DNA of 64,000 nt from Candidatus Ruania gallistercoris (GTDB taxonomy: Bacteria > Actinomycetota > Actinomycetes > Actinomycetales > Beutenbergiaceae), in the NCBI GenBank assembly GCA_019116305.1, contig DXBY01000049.1:9386-73385 (forward strand), written 5' to 3'. Below are positions 60,018 through 64,000 of this stretch, piece by piece. A program made the position numbers and the translations under genes. Within the stretch, counting starts at the first letter, position 1; every line of letters starts with the position of its first letter. The notes beneath the pieces are model-generated. The model worked only from the letters and a program-made list of their open reading frames with translations. It had not been told where the DNA came from and made no database searches.

Positions 60018-61024
60018 CCCTGCTCCTCGATCGGCCCGAGCGCGAACTGCTGCGGATCGGGAGCACTCAGCTCTTCCTCGGCAGGCAGCACGGCATCGAC
60101 GTCCTCGGCGACCCCGAAGTGCCCACCGGCACCGGCGACTGCGGCAGCGAGGGCCAACGGCACGGTGACCTGACCGGTGATCGTGCCCACACCGTCGACA
60201 GTGGTCAGCCCTTCGGCGATGTCCTCATCCGCCCGCACCGCGGTTAGCAACGACCCCGGGCCATCGTCCGATCCGACCAGCACCGAGGCCTCACCAGTGC
60301 TGCTCATCCCGGTGGCCACAGTGGCGAACGCGGCGTTCAGCTCGTCCAGCTGCGCCGTCTCCTGCTCGGTCGGTGGCTCCTCCGGGGACGGCGGGCCGAG
60401 GATCACCGTGGAGTAGGCAGGGCCCTCGATCCGGGAGTCCTCGGTGATCAGCTCGCTGGTCCGGAGCAGCTCCAGCATCTGGGTCGCCTCCGCCGAGCTC
60501 GTGTCGGTCTGGTCCGGGTTGCGCAATGTCAGCGCCTGACCGAGTGCCTGGGCGAGGATCAGGTCGGACGGGGCGTCCGCGGCCGGGGCCGGATTCATCG
60601 ACGGCACCAGGTTCTGCGCGATCCCGGACCGGAACGACGCCTGCCCGGTGTCCACCCAGGAGTCACTGAGCGTGATCGTTCCCACCACGGTGGCATCGGC
60701 CTGGTCCAGCCGAGCGGCGATCGCCTCGGTGACGTCCTCGTCCGCCCCGGGCAGCTCCACGATGGCCACCGACCGGTCGGTCAAGGTGCCGGCGAGCAGA
60801 CGCGGAGCCGTCTCGGTGATGAAGGTGCTCCGGTCCTGGGCCGAGATCTGGGCGGCGTCCAGCTCGGCACGCAGATCCTCCTTCTCGGCTCGCAGCTGGT
60901 CCACCTGACCGGTGAGCTCGTCGGCGATGGAGTCACGCAGCGGCCCGGCGCCGAGCACGATCCCCACGGCGAGCGCGAGGAACACCGAGATCAGCGAGAC
61001 GATGTGGTAACGGAAGTCGATCAC
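60014..61024 (-). CDS. steB: SteB/MctB ('copper transporter') family protein
   Basis: MIDFRYHIVSLISVFLALAVGIVLG followed by a coiled coil. Downstream of steA. Confidence 0.9.
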   Translation of the reverse strand: MIDFRYHIVSLISVFLALAVGIVLGAGPLRDSIADELTGQVDQLRAEKEDLRAELDAAQISAQDRSTFITETAPRLLAGTLTDRSVAIVELPGADEDVTEAIAARLDQADATVVGTITLSDSWVDTGQASFRSGIAQNLVPSMNPAPAADAPSDLILAQALGQALTLRNPDQTDTSSAEATQMLELLRTSELITEDSRIEGPAYSTVILGPPSPEEPPTEQETAQLDELNAAFATVATGMSSTGEASVLVGSDDGPGSLLTAVRADEDIAEGLTTVDGVGTITGQVTVPLALAAAVAGAGGHFGVAEDVDAVLPAEEELSAPDPQQFALGPIEEQG

Positions 61025-61050
61025 GTAGGTGGTCTTTCTCGAGCCGGGGC

Positions 61051-62244
61051 TTAGAACAGCCCGGAGAACAGGTCACTGATCCAGGACCAGACGTCGTCGA
61101 ACCGGGCGAGCAGGAGCCCGAAGAACGTCTGGCCGGCCGGAGTGGCGGCGAGGGCCGCGATCAACGCGGCGAGGCCGGCGAGGATCAGCACGCTCACCTG
61201 CCAGTTGGAGATGCGGTGCCGGTACAGCCGGGAGACCCCCTTGGCGTCGATCAGCTTACCGCCCACCCGCAACCGGGTGAGGAAGGTGCTCGCCATCCCG
61301 GCCCGTCCCTTGTCCAGGAACTCCACCAGGGTCTCGTGGGTGCCCACGGCCACGATCAGCGAGGCGCCCTTCTCGTCAGCGAGCAGCATGGCGATATCCT
61401 CACTGGTGCCGGTGGCGGGGAACACCACGTGCTCCACGCCCAGGTCCTTGACCCGCCCGATGCCGGGAGCGTTCCCGTCCCGGTAGGCATGCACCACGAT
61501 CTCCGCACCGGACTGCAGCGCCTTGTCCGAGACCGAGTCCATGTCCCCGACGATCATGTCCGGGCGCAGGCCTTCGTCCAGGATCGCGTCGGCGCCGCCG
61601 TCCACACCCACCAGCAGCGGCCGGTACTCGCGCACGTAGGAGCGGAGCATGGCCAGGTCCTCCTTGTAGGAGTAACCGCGCACCACGATCAGCACGTGCC
61701 GACCGTCGAACTCGGTGGCCACCTCAGGCACACCGACGCCGTCGAGCAGCAGCTCACGTTCTCGGCGCATGTAGTCCATCGTGTTCGCCGCGAACGCCTC
61801 CAGCTGGACGGACAAACCCGCCCGCGCCTCCTCCATCGCCGTGCTCACCGACTGCTCAGTCTGCCGCGTGCCCTCGGCGATGAGCGTCCCGTCAGCGCTG
61901 TAGACGCTGTTGTCCTCGATCCGCACCCGGCTGCCCTCGCTGAGCGTCATCACATCCGAACCGAGACCGTCGATCAACGGGATGTCCGCGGCGAGCAGGA
62001 TGTCCGGGCCCATGTTCGGGTAACGCCCGGAGATGGAGGCGGCCGCATTCAGCACCGCCGCCGGCCGGCAGGCGACCAGGGCCTCGGCGGAGACCCGGTC
62101 GATGTCGAGGTGGTCGATCACAGCGACCTCGCCAGTGCCGAGCCGCTTGGTCAGCGACTTGGTCCGCCGGTCCACGCGCGCCACCGAGAGCGCATCGGGC
62201 GAGGCGTCCTCGTCGCGGGAGCGACCACGGAGCAGAGAGATCAT
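61051..62244 (-). CDS. steA: SteA putative cytokinetic ring protein (TPK-like C-terminal domain)
   Basis: RVDRRTKSL, ISGRYPN.GP, VGVDGGADA, GTSEDIA and RGMASTFLTRL-like motif, with C-terminal TM. ATG 62244 follows AGGAGG. Confidence 0.9.
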   Translation of the reverse strand: MISLLRGRSRDEDASPDALSVARVDRRTKSLTKRLGTGEVAVIDHLDIDRVSAEALVACRPAAVLNAAASISGRYPNMGPDILLAADIPLIDGLGSDVMTLSEGSRVRIEDNSVYSADGTLIAEGTRQTEQSVSTAMEEARAGLSVQLEAFAANTMDYMRRERELLLDGVGVPEVATEFDGRHVLIVVRGYSYKEDLAMLRSYVREYRPLLVGVDGGADAILDEGLRPDMIVGDMDSVSDKALQSGAEIVVHAYRDGNAPGIGRVKDLGVEHVVFPATGTSEDIAMLLADEKGASLIVAVGTHETLVEFLDKGRAGMASTFLTRLRVGGKLIDAKGVSRLYRHRISNWQVSVLILAGLAALIAALAATPAGQTFFGLLLARFDDVWSWISDLFSGLF

Positions 62245-62248
62245 CCTC

Positions 62249-63976
62249 CTATGCTCCCACGCCCGGGCGGACGAGGAGCTCGGCGGCATGCTGACGGGCC
62301 GTCGCCGAGTCCGGGTCGCCGGAGAGCATCCGGGCCAGCTCGGTCTCCCGGTCCGGACCGGTCACGGCCCGGATGTCGCTGGCGGTCACGGCGTCACCGC
62401 CCTCCCCGGTGCTCTTGGTGACCACCAGGTGCCGGTCGGCGAAGGCGGCCACCTGCGGCAGGTGGGTGACCACGATCACCTGGGTGCGCTGGGCGAGTTC
62501 AGCGAGCCGGCGACCCACCTCGACCGCGGCCCGGCCACCGACGCCGGCATCGACCTCGTCGAAGACGAAAGTGGGCAACGGCACGTCATCGGTCTCGGCC
62601 TGCTGCCGGGCCAAAGCGACCTCGAGAGCGAGCATCACCCGGGACAGCTCGCCGCCGGAGGCCCCCTTGCCCAGTGGCCGGGCGGGGGCGCCCGGGTGCG
62701 GGCTGAGCAGCAGTTGCACCTCCTCCGCACCCCACGGTCCGAGCTCGGCCAGCGGGGTGGTCTGCACGGTCAGTGAGGCGCCGGGCATGGCCAGGCCGCG
62801 CAACTCGCCGTCCACTGCTTCGGTCATCGCTGCGGCGGCACGCACCCGGCCGGCGGTGACCTGCTCGGCGAGGCTGCGCTCGGTCTCCTGCAGCTCGGCC
62901 AGCCGGGCGGTGAGTGCGTCCCGGCCGGCGCCGGGTGCGGTCAGCTCGCCCACCCGGGTCCGCGCCCGGGCGGCGAACTCGAGCAGGTCGGACAGGGTGC
63001 CGGAGTCCGTGTGGGCTCGGATCAGCTCGGCGAGCGCGGCGCGCCGCTGGTGCACGTGCTCCAGCCGGTCCGGGTCGGCCTCCAGGCCGGTGAGGTAGCT
63101 GCCGATCTCGGTGAGCAGGTCGGAGAGCTGGTAGCTGACCGCATCGAGCCGTTCGGTCCACTCCGCCAGCGCCTGGTCGTGCTCGGTGGCCGGTGCCAGT
63201 GTGCGCCGGGCGTGATCGATGAGCGCCAGGGCACCCTCCGGTGCTGCCGGGTCCTCGATGCCGCCGATCGCATCGCGGGCGGTGCCGGCAGCCAGACGCA
63301 GGTCCTCCACGTTCCCCAGTCGCTCCGCCTCGGTGCGCAGGTCACTGTCCTCACCCCGCTGCGGGTCCAGGGCGTCGATGGCCTCCAACGCCCGGGTGAG
63401 GCGGTCCAGCTCCTCCTCCCGCGCCCTGGAGTCGGCCTCCCACCCGGCCAGCTCACTCTCCGCGGCCTGCCGGGCGGCATGGGCCTCGGTGTAGCGGCGC
63501 AGCGCGGCGAGGTGCTCACCACCCGCAAAGCCGTCCAGGGCGCGGCGCTGCTGGGCCGGTGAGCGGAGCCGGAGCTGGTCGCTCTGTCCGTGCACGGTAA
63601 TCAAGTCCGCCCCCACCTCGGCGAGCAGACCCTGCGGAACCGAGCGGCCACCCAGATGCGCCCGAGAACGCCCCTGAACGGCGACGGTCCGGACCACCAG
63701 CAGAGCGCCGTCGTCGAGGATCGCCCCTGCCTCGGTGGCTCGCTCCAGGGCGGGATGAGCGGCGGGCGGGACGAATGTGCCCTCCACTGTGGCCCGCTCG
63801 CAGCCCGGGCGCACCGACCCCGGGTCGGCCTTACCACCCAGCAGCAGGGAAAGACCGGTGAGCACCATGGTCTTCCCCGCCCCGGTCTCCCCGGTGATCA
63901 CGGTCAGTCCGGGATCGAGCTGGATCGGGGCGGATTCGATCACCCCGAGGTCGGTGATGGCGATCTCTTCGATCAT
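62249..63976 (-). CDS. recN: DNA repair protein RecN
   Basis: TGETGAGKTM, HGQ, ASGGELSRVML, FDEVDAG and VTHLPQVA. Confidence 0.97.
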   Translation of the reverse strand: MIEEIAITDLGVIESAPIQLDPGLTVITGETGAGKTMVLTGLSLLLGGKADPGSVRPGCERATVEGTFVPPAAHPALERATEAGAILDDGALLVVRTVAVQGRSRAHLGGRSVPQGLLAEVGADLITVHGQSDQLRLRSPAQQRRALDGFAGGEHLAALRRYTEAHAARQAAESELAGWEADSRAREEELDRLTRALEAIDALDPQRGEDSDLRTEAERLGNVEDLRLAAGTARDAIGGIEDPAAPEGALALIDHARRTLAPATEHDQALAEWTERLDAVSYQLSDLLTEIGSYLTGLEADPDRLEHVHQRRAALAELIRAHTDSGTLSDLLEFAARARTRVGELTAPGAGRDALTARLAELQETERSLAEQVTAGRVRAAAAMTEAVDGELRGLAMPGASLTVQTTPLAELGPWGAEEVQLLLSPHPGAPARPLGKGASGGELSRVMLALEVALARQQAETDDVPLPTFVFDEVDAGVGGRAAVEVGRRLAELAQRTQVIVVTHLPQVAAFADRHLVVTKSTGEGGDAVTASDIRAVTGPDRETELARMLSGDPDSATARQHAAELLVRPGVGA

Positions 63977-64000
63977 GGCGCGTCCTTGCCGCCGCGCCAG
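63973..64000 (-). CDS. ppnK: 3' end of the upstream gene, probably NAD kinase (partial)
   Basis: Reads WRGGKDAP* with an ATGA overlap on recN. The WRG tail and the position before recN fit actinobacterial ppnK. Confidence 0.55.

Overview
High-GC (~70%) actinobacterial chromosome segment. A Micrococcales-like host is inferred from gene content and order. It is mostly core genome: metH, glgA/glgC, serB, fabG/fabI, ABC-F, a complete sufR-sufBD-Rieske-sufCSU-sufT operon, an ABC-2 exporter with ctaA, metQNI, NUDIX-pyrG and steA/steB-recN-ppnK. Accessory islets sit at about 5-19 kb and 32-35 kb. No rRNA, tRNA, CRISPR array, transposase or integrase was seen. The most notable items are: (1) a lower-GC Abi_2/AbiF-type HEPN gene preceded by its own -10 box and a compact hairpin, a candidate RNA antitoxin; (2) a ~90-100 bp extragenic element with strict 19-bp periodicity and identical geometry at two loci 47 kb apart; (3) two copies of a 46-bp REP-like palindrome bracketing an epoxide hydrolase gene; (4) an Aga-like hexosamine/tagatose operon ending in a sulfatase; (5) a tightly overlapping MraY/WecA-like, MurJ-like and GT4 module behind the cell-separation genes steAB; (6) an exact ECF41-type promoter, several readable operators, and many apparently leaderless genes. 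All product calls come from motif recognition by eye; no database search was run.
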